DNA of 57,315 nt, the filler included, from Barthelona sp. PAP020 (lineage: Eukaryota), in the NCBI GenBank assembly GCA_040182905.1. It is 2 parts of 2 records of this genome, joined end to end, with 100 filler letters (N's around TTAATTAATTAA, not from the genome) between each part and the next. Parts side by side here need not be neighbours in the genome. Positions count along the whole stretch, not along the records: positions 1 to 28,696 come from JARQWU010000121.1; positions 28,797 to 57,315 come from JARQWU010000122.1. One strand, written 5' to 3'. The position numbers and the translations under genes were made by a program. A model generated the notes under the pieces. It did no database searches. It was not told where the DNA came from and saw only the letters and a list, made by a program, of their open reading frames with translations. Positions 19,828-29,753 of the stretch are shown here, piece after piece; position 1 is the stretch's first letter; the number at the start of each line of letters is the position of its first letter.

Positions 19828-20544
19828 AAACTGAAAATTTGATTTAAAAACATAAAATCTGAATATTCCTTGCATTTTTTGTTATTTTTCCTTGTAATCA
19901 AAAAAAAAAAGGATGATAGGAGAAAGCACAATCATTTACAACTGGATGATGTTTTATAAGGGAAATCTTATCCATGAGCGAATAAAGAAGAAAACAACGG
20001 AAAAGTGTCAATGCACCAAACAACTGTCATTATTTAAGCACAATCAATTGGTAGTTTTGGGAAACAAAATTGACTGATCATCAACATCATTGTGAAATGT
20101 TTATTCACAAATGAGCATATGTTGTCACTGGTTGTCTAGTTGATATGGGCTTGTATCAGTGACCATACTAAACATCGCAAACATTTTGAGCACAATACTT
20201 GCACAAACATCTTTCAATTTCAACACAAACCACATGAGGAAAACCCTTAGTACGACTTGCCATCAAATATCGATCATCCAGTAGATTTTGGTTTAATATC
20301 AACAAAACATCATAAATTCGTTTTTCTAATAACTATATGATTTAAATAAAAAAAATTGAGGATTTCAATTTGATAAGTATTGATCTGAAAGTTGGAGAAT
20401 TTCAGAAAAGATTTCGTCCACAACAAAGATAAACCAAACAATCTAGAAATAAATCAAAAATTGGTTATTTTTTCATCACAAAGAAAAAAAAGATTTGCCG
20501 GAAACTCAAACTCAAATAAAAAAATTTTCATCAAAAAGAGTATC

Positions 20545-22464
20545 ATGAATTCAAATGTCGAAGCGCTGAGTTATTTTATTAATACGAATGCTGAACCGAA
20601 TAATACATTATTGAAAACATTTTTATCTTGTTTACCCGAAATAAATATTGGAAAGCCTGTACACACTGAACCACAGTATTTCATATTTATTGAAGAATTT
20701 TTTTTGCAATATACGACATTTATCGATGCAGTTGAAGCATTTTTATCATGGTTATCTTATGCTTCTAGTTTACCCATGAATATTCCATTATTGATACATC
20801 CAAACCTTAGAATTCCTTTAGTGTTATATAATTTAATTGTATCTAATATTAGTTATGTGAGAATTGACAAGTTAATTTTGCATGTCATGGAATTTTTTTA
20901 TAATTTAGAGGAAAATGCTGTATCTTTTGAAGCTTATGAGCGTGGTTGGTTATCGTTCCGAAATTTTTCTATTATTTGGTTGTGCAAATACATGCAATTG
21001 TTTAAAAAGAATTTTTATAAACTTTTGAAGCCTAATTTATCACACATCGAAGAAGACATGAAGATGTTAAGTAAACAAGAATATTTTAGTTCCTCTCTAT
21101 TACCTGTTATGCTTCATTTTTGTTTTGGTTATCGAAACATATGTGGCAGAAGGTTGAAACCCATTGAATTGGGTTTGTTTGAGATTTCCATAAGATTATT
21201 GATTCATAACCATCAAGAAGCAAATTATCATCCTTTGCTACAGGACATTATGGTGGGTTATATTGATATCAAGAATGTTCTTGTAAAATATCCCCTTTTA
21301 GATGATAAAATTGAAACAATTGAAAGTTTTAGTTCTTATTTTTCTGAAAACTTGATCAATAGATTTGTATTAGCATTGTTTGAGACATGTCAAGATGAAA
21401 TGTTCGAAGAAACCACTTTTTATCTCAATGTAATATCGCAAATAATTGAAAATGAAGAATTTGACAATTTTCAATGTTCAATTAAAGCAATTGAGACCTT
21501 TTTGGAGTTGAGTGTCAGATATAATTTTTTTTCCCCTGCATTGCTGAACATATTTCAAAATATTTCCGCCAATAAGTTGAATGTCAAATTTTTACAGAGC
21601 CATATATTCAAAGATTGGATTTTCCGTCAGATAGACATGTTTGTTGATGAAAATGATAAGTTTTCCGTTATATTGCTTATCGAATTAATGCACTGTTTGA
21701 AGTACATTTCTTCATCTCAACTTTTAAGTCTTCTGACAAAAGTGTCGATTAACAATTCAATTGAAGCAAAATATAAATTTCTGCTGTTTTTCACTGTGTT
21801 TGAACACTTTCCAAATCATGTATCCACAGTTTCCATGTTACATCAACAACTTTCGAACTCATTATTCATGGCATATTGTGAAGATTTCGAACTATTCATG
21901 TTAGTCCTTCATGTGACACTTTATTTGATCCATTATCGTCCAAAACATCTGATTGAAATAGTGATCAGAAGCTGCAAGCATCTAGAAATGTTATTATGGA
22001 AAAATGAGAATGTTTTACACTTGGTCTTAAAATTTTTGAAGATTCTTTGTGAAGCAGGGGAATATGAGGACATACTGGTAGAACACAAGATTAGAAATGT
22101 GCTGGTCTATCATTTATTGATGGCCATTGATGTTGACAATGAAAGATTTTCCGAATATTTTCAATTTTTCTACACACCCAAACAGCTGTTAAATCGTAAG
22201 AATAAAAAGACTATCGTCATAGAAAAAGATAATCAACATTCCAACCTTCTTGATGAAACAGGTTTTCAATTCGACCAATTTGATCAAGCTAAATTTGACT
22301 CCATTGCTCAAAGGTTGGCTGGAAGGGTAGATTCAAGAATTAATATGAATTGGACGCAGCAATCAACAAATCTGTCAGAAAAAATTCTCAAACTGTCCAA
22401 AGAAATTGAAGAGTTTCCGGTCGACAACACTCAGATTGACAGTTACTTGGCTTCAGTTTTCTAA
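20545..22464 (+). CDS. Hypothetical alpha-helical repeat protein
   Basis: Long ORF (~639 aa from first ATG 20545; the track start is TTG). No family recognised. Confidence 0.8.
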   Translation: MNSNVEALSYFINTNAEPNNTLLKTFLSCLPEINIGKPVHTEPQYFIFIEEFFLQYTTFIDAVEAFLSWLSYASSLPMNIPLLIHPNLRIPLVLYNLIVSNISYVRIDKLILHVMEFFYNLEENAVSFEAYERGWLSFRNFSIIWLCKYMQLFKKNFYKLLKPNLSHIEEDMKMLSKQEYFSSSLLPVMLHFCFGYRNICGRRLKPIELGLFEISIRLLIHNHQEANYHPLLQDIMVGYIDIKNVLVKYPLLDDKIETIESFSSYFSENLINRFVLALFETCQDEMFEETTFYLNVISQIIENEEFDNFQCSIKAIETFLELSVRYNFFSPALLNIFQNISANKLNVKFLQSHIFKDWIFRQIDMFVDENDKFSVILLIELMHCLKYISSSQLLSLLTKVSINNSIEAKYKFLLFFTVFEHFPNHVSTVSMLHQQLSNSLFMAYCEDFELFMLVLHVTLYLIHYRPKHLIEIVIRSCKHLEMLLWKNENVLHLVLKFLKILCEAGEYEDILVEHKIRNVLVYHLLMAIDVDNERFSEYFQFFYTPKQLLNRKNKKTIVIEKDNQHSNLLDETGFQFDQFDQAKFDSIAQRLAGRVDSRINMNWTQQSTNLSEKILKLSKEIEEFPVDNTQIDSYLASVF

Positions 22465-22534
22465 GGGGAAAATGACTTATTTGGCTTTTTTCTTTTGTCT
22501 TGTTATTTAGAAACAAAAAACGTAACAGAATCTG

Positions 22535-23911
22535 TTAATTTACACAATGAAATAACCGAATATTAGTTTCCATTTCGTTATTGATAGTTGCAAAAGAAGC
22601 TGGGTTTTTGTTAAACCCATAATTTGCAGCAGAAAACACAGTTATTACTTTTCCATGCTGATGTATACGAAAACCTTCAGGAAAGAATTGATGTGCCCTA
22701 ATTATTCCAGTCAAACCATTTAAATCTAAAAATTTCTCTGTGATATCTTCCCCAAAAGAATAATATTCTTCTCCCCTTATTGATTCACCTTTACCGTACC
22801 CCTCATAAGGATCAGACCACATTAAATCTGCAAATATTCCAGATTGAGGAATACCCCTAAAGCGCTTGATTCTCATTATATCTTCAATATATGTTTCACA
22901 CAGTGGAATTCCCCCATGAACACAGAATATTGACTCATCAATGATTGCACATATTGGTAAAGCGTTAAATACCTCACAAAACTTTTCAAAAATACCTATT
23001 GAATATTTTTGAGTAACTTCTCGATAAAATCCGTAAAACATATTGATAAACATGGTTTCATGATTTCCTCTTAGCAAAATAATACTGTTTGGAGCTGTTA
23101 ATTTAGCAACAAACAAAGTGATGAGGATTTCGGTTGCTTTTGTACCTCGATCAGTGTAATCACCCAAGAACACACAAGGATTGTCAACAGAAGGCACTCC
23201 GTTTTCCACTATCAACTTGTAAAACTCATCGAATTGTCCATGAACGTCACCATAGACTATCATTCCTTCTGTTGGCTTTGATATATTAACCACATTTGGT
23301 TCGTCTCTTAACACAAAATATACTTTCGCCAATAAATGTGTTAGAATTGTAGCAGGAATAGTGTGTCCCTCATTTAACCATTCTAAAACAACCAAAGTAT
23401 CATTTACTGTTAAATTATTTAAATTCTTAAGGGGACCCTCATATGAAATATCGTAAACAGGCATTTCATCGATGTTTATATTTGAGAAAGGAAGTTGCTC
23501 CATACTTCTCAGTGCAAACTTCATTTTTTCTTTTTTTAACATATTTTTTGCCATATCTAATCGTTCAATATTGGTCTTATCATTAGGTCTCAATTGCTTT
23601 ACTTTATAAAACATTGATATTGCTTTTTCAATATTTCCAGATGATAAATAACATTCAGCTTTTCGATAATATCCTTTGACATAGTTAGGTTCCAATTCAA
23701 TGGCCCTGTTTGCATCTTCAAGAGCCAATCCATATAACTCTAATTTTATTCTTGCATATGCACGATTTCCATAAAAAGTATGATCTTTATTATATTTTTC
23801 AATTGCTTTTGAATAGTATAAATTAGCATTTTCAAAGTCCTTTTTGGAAAAGAAATCATTTCCTTCTGTTTTCAACAATAAAGCTTGTTCATAATTATAT
23901 TCATTGTCCAT
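22535..23911 (-). CDS. PPP5C: Serine/threonine protein phosphatase 5 (3 TPR + PPP catalytic domain)
   Basis: N-terminal TPRs (KTEGNDFF, YGNRA, YVKGYYRKA) and PPP motifs GDVHGQ, GDYTDRG, RGNHE, HGG, WSDP, FSAANY. Confidence 0.93.
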   Translation of the reverse strand: MDNEYNYEQALLLKTEGNDFFSKKDFENANLYYSKAIEKYNKDHTFYGNRAYARIKLELYGLALEDANRAIELEPNYVKGYYRKAECYLSSGNIEKAISMFYKVKQLRPNDKTNIERLDMAKNMLKKEKMKFALRSMEQLPFSNINIDEMPVYDISYEGPLKNLNNLTVNDTLVVLEWLNEGHTIPATILTHLLAKVYFVLRDEPNVVNISKPTEGMIVYGDVHGQFDEFYKLIVENGVPSVDNPCVFLGDYTDRGTKATEILITLFVAKLTAPNSIILLRGNHETMFINMFYGFYREVTQKYSIGIFEKFCEVFNALPICAIIDESIFCVHGGIPLCETYIEDIMRIKRFRGIPQSGIFADLMWSDPYEGYGKGESIRGEEYYSFGEDITEKFLDLNGLTGIIRAHQFFPEGFRIHQHGKVITVFSAANYGFNKNPASFATINNEMETNIRLFHCVN

Positions 23912-24019
23912 TTCATTCTTTGTTATTTTCTAAATTTAAGTTTGTAAAGAAGAATCCCATTTTACAAAATTCCATTGTATAATCCTTTTTTTATTTTTAA
24001 ATATCATATTTTGAATGGA

Positions 24020-25531
24020 ATGAGTTCATCAAACGATCCAACATTTACATATTTAGGACCAATAGAATCAATATATACATCCAATGAACTTTTTTCTACT
24101 ACTGAAGAATTATTCAATCCTTCTCAACAAGTTTTACGGGAAGGTTCAATTTTATATCATCAACAATTAGATCAACAAGAAATTCGAATTTTTTTAAAAA
24201 AAATTGTTGATTTGAGAGATGCAATTCATTCTACGATGGAATCATTATTACTATTAACTAATGGAATTGCGAGTGGTGAATTAGGTACAGAACCAATTAC
24301 TTTTGCAAGGTCCTATAAAGACAAATTAAACTCAAGCATTTTACAAGTGTCTGGAACCAAAACTAATTTTGAAAAGTTTAAAAAACGAATTGAAAAATTG
24401 AAAAATAATTCCAAAAAACTTGTTCAAGCAAACAATAATTTTTCCTTGAAGATGTGTGAATTGATACCGCATTTTCGAGTTTTTTGGGAGAAGATTCGTG
24501 TGATACAGACAAACAAACAATTAAATTCTGCAAATTTGTCATATTATGCCAGTATTTCAGAGGTTTTGGGATATAACGCTTCCATCACATATTCATTGGA
24601 GAATTCTGGTCCTCCGTTGTATCTTCAAGCTCATCACATGAAAAAAGGTATTGTTGAAAATTTTGCCAAGAGCTTTTTTTGGGGGCTTGTCTTTTCTACC
24701 CTTGTTAACTCTATTGACGAACATCATTATGGGTTATTGATCCATAGAATAGATCCTATTAATATGATCATTGAGTTTTTCAATCCTGCAGATATTTTAA
24801 GAATTAAGTTTATTCAAAAGAAGTCTGACGATTTCTCTTTGGAGTTTTCTACGGATGAAGATGTGACAGGACATAAAATATTTGAATTATTGCAATATGC
24901 TTTATTGAAATATACAGTTGATTCTTTAAAAGCTGTATCTAAAGAATTAACTGGTGAAGATAGTGTTGCTCCTATTTTATATCATGAAAAAAACAAACCG
25001 ATAAGCTTTTTACAAAATTTTGCTTGTTTTCAGTTCTACTCTCATGTAAAACAAGTGTTTGAAGAGGAATTACAGAAATTTCTCAATAATATCTCTTCTG
25101 ACAATCAGAACAATATTGAAATTGTAATAGAACAAGCAAATCGTCCAAAAAGTGCAAGCGTTTCATTCAAAATTAATGTTTCACTCAACACAGAAACTTT
25201 AGCTGTTGATAGGAAATTTTTCATCAACATATTTTTGGATACTAGAGAGATCGTACCATATATCCCTTCTATTCAAGTTAGAAAAGTCGATTTCTCAACT
25301 TTTGCTTTTATGTTACAGGATTGGTTATTAACTTGTTTAAATTTAACTCTACAATCATTATTACATGGTGCAAAATGGACTCCACCTTTGTTAAATTCCA
25401 ATGAGATCACAATTATCTTAAAAGATGGAAAAGTGAATTTTATTCGGAATGAAAATGAAGTTATCGAATTGATTCTAAACAACAGATCGCGGGTTCCATT
25501 GGAATTGGTTGTTCAAAAGATTAAAAAATAA
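24020..25531 (+). CDS. Hypothetical protein with an N-terminal coiled coil
   Basis: ~503-aa ORF from first in-frame ATG 24020. Only a faint Mediator Med17-like layout, not enough to name it. Confidence 0.75.
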   Translation: MSSSNDPTFTYLGPIESIYTSNELFSTTEELFNPSQQVLREGSILYHQQLDQQEIRIFLKKIVDLRDAIHSTMESLLLLTNGIASGELGTEPITFARSYKDKLNSSILQVSGTKTNFEKFKKRIEKLKNNSKKLVQANNNFSLKMCELIPHFRVFWEKIRVIQTNKQLNSANLSYYASISEVLGYNASITYSLENSGPPLYLQAHHMKKGIVENFAKSFFWGLVFSTLVNSIDEHHYGLLIHRIDPINMIIEFFNPADILRIKFIQKKSDDFSLEFSTDEDVTGHKIFELLQYALLKYTVDSLKAVSKELTGEDSVAPILYHEKNKPISFLQNFACFQFYSHVKQVFEEELQKFLNNISSDNQNNIEIVIEQANRPKSASVSFKINVSLNTETLAVDRKFFINIFLDTREIVPYIPSIQVRKVDFSTFAFMLQDWLLTCLNLTLQSLLHGAKWTPPLLNSNEITIILKDGKVNFIRNENEVIELILNNRSRVPLELVVQKIKK

Positions 25532-25883
25532 ATTATTATCATACAAAATATAAACACTTTTAATCTTCCCTTTTGTTTTTTGTTTAAATTTTATAAATGG
25601 TTGAAAGAATTGAAAAACAGATAATGAAAAAAACCTTATCCTGAAGATTATTTAAAATTATTAATAATTCTGCAGGTGAAAACGGAGAAATCAAGAAAAA
25701 AAAAAAAAAACTGAAAAAAATTGATCAAAAAGGTCAAAAAAATACTATTAAGAACTGAAAAAGGCTCAATTCTTTTGAATAAAAAATAGATGATTGAAAA
25801 AAGTCCTGTTGAAAAAAGAGTGAAGGAAAAATGAAGAACCATCACATCACAATATTTTAGTTTATTTATATATGATTTGAAGA

Positions 25884-28033
25884 ATGACAGTTTTATCCTC
25901 AAAAGAATATTTTACGAACACAATGACCAGTTTAACTGAAGAAGAAATTGAGTGCTGTGAATTAATCAATTTTTTATTGGAATGTAGAGAGAAATTATTC
26001 TTTGATACCAGTAAAAACTATTCTTATAATTATCGAGAGTCAAAACCTCCATTAGATTGTTCTTTAGTCGATAGCAATTGTAAGAAATATCTAAATTTAT
26101 CCGATAAATTTTCCTACAGATTTGCAGTTGATGGATTTTATGTGGTTTTTGATGAAGATAATTTAATTCCTCATAAGTTACCTGCTGATATGAAAACATT
26201 TTACAAAGTTTTTCATTTTGGACAACGCTTAATGAACAATGGAGCAATGAATTCTTTTTGCAAAGGACGTTTAAATCTTTTAGAATCGAGGTTCTCTTTG
26301 TACAAATTACACGCTTTTGAAGAAGAAAGATCGGAACAGAAGAGGGAAAGTCATCGAGATTTTTACAATGTTAGAAAGGTGGACAATCATATACATGCCG
26401 CTGCTGCGATGAATCAAAAGGAGTTATTAAGGTTCATTAAAAAAAAATTTATCGATGAGCCTAATGAAGTAGTTTTAATTGAAGATGGAAAAGAGATCAC
26501 TTTGACTGAAGTTTTCGAAAATTTGAACATTGTTCTATATGACCTTTCTCTGGACACTTTGGATGTACATGCTGATCGTGGTATTTTTCATCGTTTCGAT
26601 CGTTTTAATCATAAATACAATCCTTTTGGAAATCCTACATTGCGTAAAATCTTTTTAAAGACCAATAATGACATTGGTGGAAGATATTTTGCTGAAATTC
26701 TCAAGCAGATAATAAAACGTCATGAACATGAAAAATATCCTCATGCTGAACTCCGTTTAAGTATATATGGTAGATCTCCTAACGAATGGTATGAGTTGGC
26801 AGATTGGTTTGTCGCTAATGACATGACATCTACAAATATTCGTTGGATAATTCAAATCCCCAGATTATATCAGCTTACTAAGCGATCAAAAAGAATTGAA
26901 ACTTTTGCAGAAATGATGCAAAATGTGTTTTCTCCTTTGTTTGACAATGCAATTAATCCCCATAAGCATCCAAATCTTACTTTCTTTTTAGAGCATATTG
27001 TTGCATTTGATTCAGTTGATGATGAATCAAAATATGAGAAACAGCATTTTTCCCTGTTTCCTCTTGCTTATTTATGGAATATTGATGCAGATCCACCATA
27101 TTCTTACTATTCGTATCACATGTATGCTAACATTTTCACCTTGAATGAGATTAGAGGAATAAACAATATGCACCCCTTATTATATAGACCTCATGCAGGT
27201 GAAGCGGGTAATCTCGATCATCTAATGACCACATTTTTGACATCTCATGGTATTCAACATGGTATTAATCTCAAAAAATCTCCTTTCTTGACATATCTTT
27301 ACTATTTAGAACAGTTACCTATGTCTATCAGTCCTTTATCCAACAATGCTTTATTTGTCAAATATAGCCAGAATCCTTTACCTGATTTCTTCAATATTGG
27401 ACTCAATTGTTCCTTATCAACGGATGATCCTTTGCAATTTCATTTCACACACGAACCTTTGATGGAGGAGTATTCTATTTGTGCACAAATGTGGAAATTT
27501 ACTGGATGTGACCTATGTGAATTGGCAATGAGATCTTGTTTAATGTCTGGGTTTGATCATGAAACAAAGAAAGAGTTTTTAGGTAAAGACTATTCCAATC
27601 CCAACAAAACACAAGTCAATTGGTTGAAGAAAACCAATGTGCCTGATTGTCGAATTCGATATAGGGAAGATCAGTTGAAGGAAGAAATTAGTTTGATTAA
27701 AAAGCAAGCAATTCCATTCCACACTGCTTTGAAAGATCATTTCTTTGACAATGATACAATTGATCTTCATGATTTAGACACGCATCAAGAGTTGTACAAC
27801 TCTTTCCAACCTGATGCCAGCTGGTTTTTGACTATTGATGACATGGTAAAGAAGTTGTCTTTCAACCCCAAGAAACAGATGGCCCGTTTGATTTCAAATA
27901 CTCGTAGAAATTCCATTATGGAATACGATGAGTCTCCCTCACTTGCAACACATGTTGCACATACTCATAATCATTCTGCAATTGATTTGAACAATGTGGA
28001 TACATTTGATGACAATTTTCTTGACAAATTCTA
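25884..28033 (+). CDS. AMPD: AMP deaminase (3' end lost in an assembly gap)
   Basis: HRDFYNVRKVDNHIHAAA, FHRFDRFNHKYNP, AELRLSIYGRS, FDSVDDESK, RPHAGEAG, LSTDDPLQFH. The frame runs into Ns at 28034. Confidence 0.96.
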
Positions 28034-28167
28034 NNNNNNNNNNNNNNNNNNNNNNNNNNNNNNNNNNNNNNNNNNNNNNNNNNNNNNNNNNNNNNNNNNN
28101 NNNNNNNNNNNNNNNNNNNNNNNNNNNNNNNNNNNNNNNNNNNNNNNNNNNNNNNNNNNNNNNNNNN
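28034..28167. other. Assembly gap (134 N)
   Basis: Run of N. Confidence 1.
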
Positions 28168-28607
28168 TTCTTTTTTTTTTCCGCATTTTTGCGGTCTACT
28201 GCTGGTAGAGCTTTTGAATTCTTAATATTAGGTTCAAAGATTTGTCTTTCCCTATTTTCAAATTATCTCCAACTCCAGGTTCAAACAAAAACGACCAGTA
28301 TAACAAATAAGAAAAGAATGAAGATGTATGTTGGTAGAGGGTCCAGTTAAACAAGTTCCAAAGAAATTTCCAAAACCACATAGTTTTAGACAACATGGTT
28401 TTAGACTCCGAAAGCTACTATCAAGTAATTTCCACAATGCCTATTTTTTCACTTTCTAATGTATTAGAGTCATTTCGAAAAAGGGTTTGGAGTGAATTCC
28501 ACAAACAAAACAAAAACAAAAGAATTTTGATTCAATTTACCGAAGTCACTGATAAAAGAGCTCAGTAACCAGAAATCAACAAAATGACCCCAACATTTAA
28601 TTTATGA

Positions 28608-28696
28608 TCATTCCATTAAATGTTTGATTTCTTCAAAAGTTTCTACTTCTTCAAACTTCCTTTCATCAGAATCCAAAGGAACAATACGAGGTTCTT
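28608..28696 (-). CDS. Probable C-terminal fragment of a gene whose body lies in the gap
   Basis: Open frame from the gap edge: EPRIVPLDSDERKFEEVETFEEIKHLME*, with coding-like composition. Too short to identify. Confidence 0.5.
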
Positions 28697-28796
28697 NNNN
28701 NNNNNNNNNNNNNNNNNNNNNNNNNNNNNNNNNNNNNNNNTTAATTAATTAANNNNNNNNNNNNNNNNNNNNNNNNNNNNNNNNNNNNNNNNNNNN
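28697..28796. other. 100-bp scaffold spacer: 44 N + TTAATTAATTAA + 44 N (artificial linker)
   Basis: Symmetric N padding around a palindromic 12-mer with stops in all six frames. Confidence 0.95.
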
Positions 28797-29753
28797 CTTT
28801 ATCAGCCAGTAACATTAGATTCTTATTTGTCTTAAGCTCAACTAGTTGTTTTATTATTTGATAAATTTTGAAATACGAGAAATTTTGCTTGATTCAAATT
28901 CTGGCGCATTTCTTCACGCTTTTCTTTTTCCCTCCTTGTGAAATGTCCGCTGCGCTTCACAAATTCACGTTAGACGAAAGGGCAAAATTAAAGGCTTTAA
29001 TTCACACGACAATAATAATAAATTTTTATAAAGATCTTTATTGTTCTCGGTTAGAGTTTGGGGGTACTTGCAACTGAGTCGTTTTGCGTGGATGGCTCAG
29101 AACACTCTTAAAAAAAAAAAGAAATACTTTAGGTGTGGATGGGGCGATTATCTAAATAAAAGTTTAATAATCTTTTTCATTCTTACTAATAAAATTTTGA
29201 TTGTTCTTCTCTGGGTTTCCTTGATGAACCCTTGTAATTCCTTGTTAACCTACTATGTACATTTTTATCCTTCTAATTTACAAATCATTTGATTCTCAGT
29301 TGCAATTTTCATTTCAATTTTGATATCCATTGAAATCAAAGGTGTAACAAGAAACATTAAACACATTTATATTGTCTTTTGCGTGAAATTTGTCCACTTT
29401 GCTTCGAATTCTTGTCGATGTGAAGTTGAGAGAAAATCAGAACTCACACTTTGAAATCACAAAAACGAGATTTCACATTCATTTTGCTTTTCATTTCAAT
29501 GAACTTATGTCAAAGATTCTTTTTAAAAAGTGAAATCATCTGAGTAACAAATTTGGGTCTCTTTGCCTCTCAACCCTTCACCTTGTTCAATATTCATCAA
29601 TATCTCACTTTTTTCTTTCTAACCGGTTTTTACTCCATTACAACTTCAAACCAAATAAGTAATCATTGGAACATCTTAAATAACTCCTAAAACACACAAA
29701 AAACGTATAAAACGATAAATTGAATTTACTGAGCTTGATTCATTGCTTGCATG

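Noticed and set aside
19945..19978. AUGA...GAAA...UGA hairpin as a SECIS element
   Set aside because: The helix is too short and irregular, and the upstream gene has no in-frame UGA.
27994..28350. ORFs spanning the N gap, including the apparent AMPD C-terminal extension to 28208
   Set aside because: Artefacts of translating through Ns.
28943..29077. 44-aa ORF MSAALHKFTLDERAKLKAL... resembling a transposase HTH start
   Set aside because: Too short, with no catalytic domain or terminal inverted repeats visible.
29060..29110. GGGGGUAC...CUGAG as a TPP riboswitch (a TPK gene is in the window)
   Set aside because: It lacks the CUGAU/AAU/AGCG-AGGGA 3' half and lies more than 6 kb from TPK.
29150..29597. 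Protein-like minus-strand reading with scattered stops (pseudogene or alternative code?)
   Set aside because: Stop density is about what AT-rich non-coding DNA gives and no homology was recognised.
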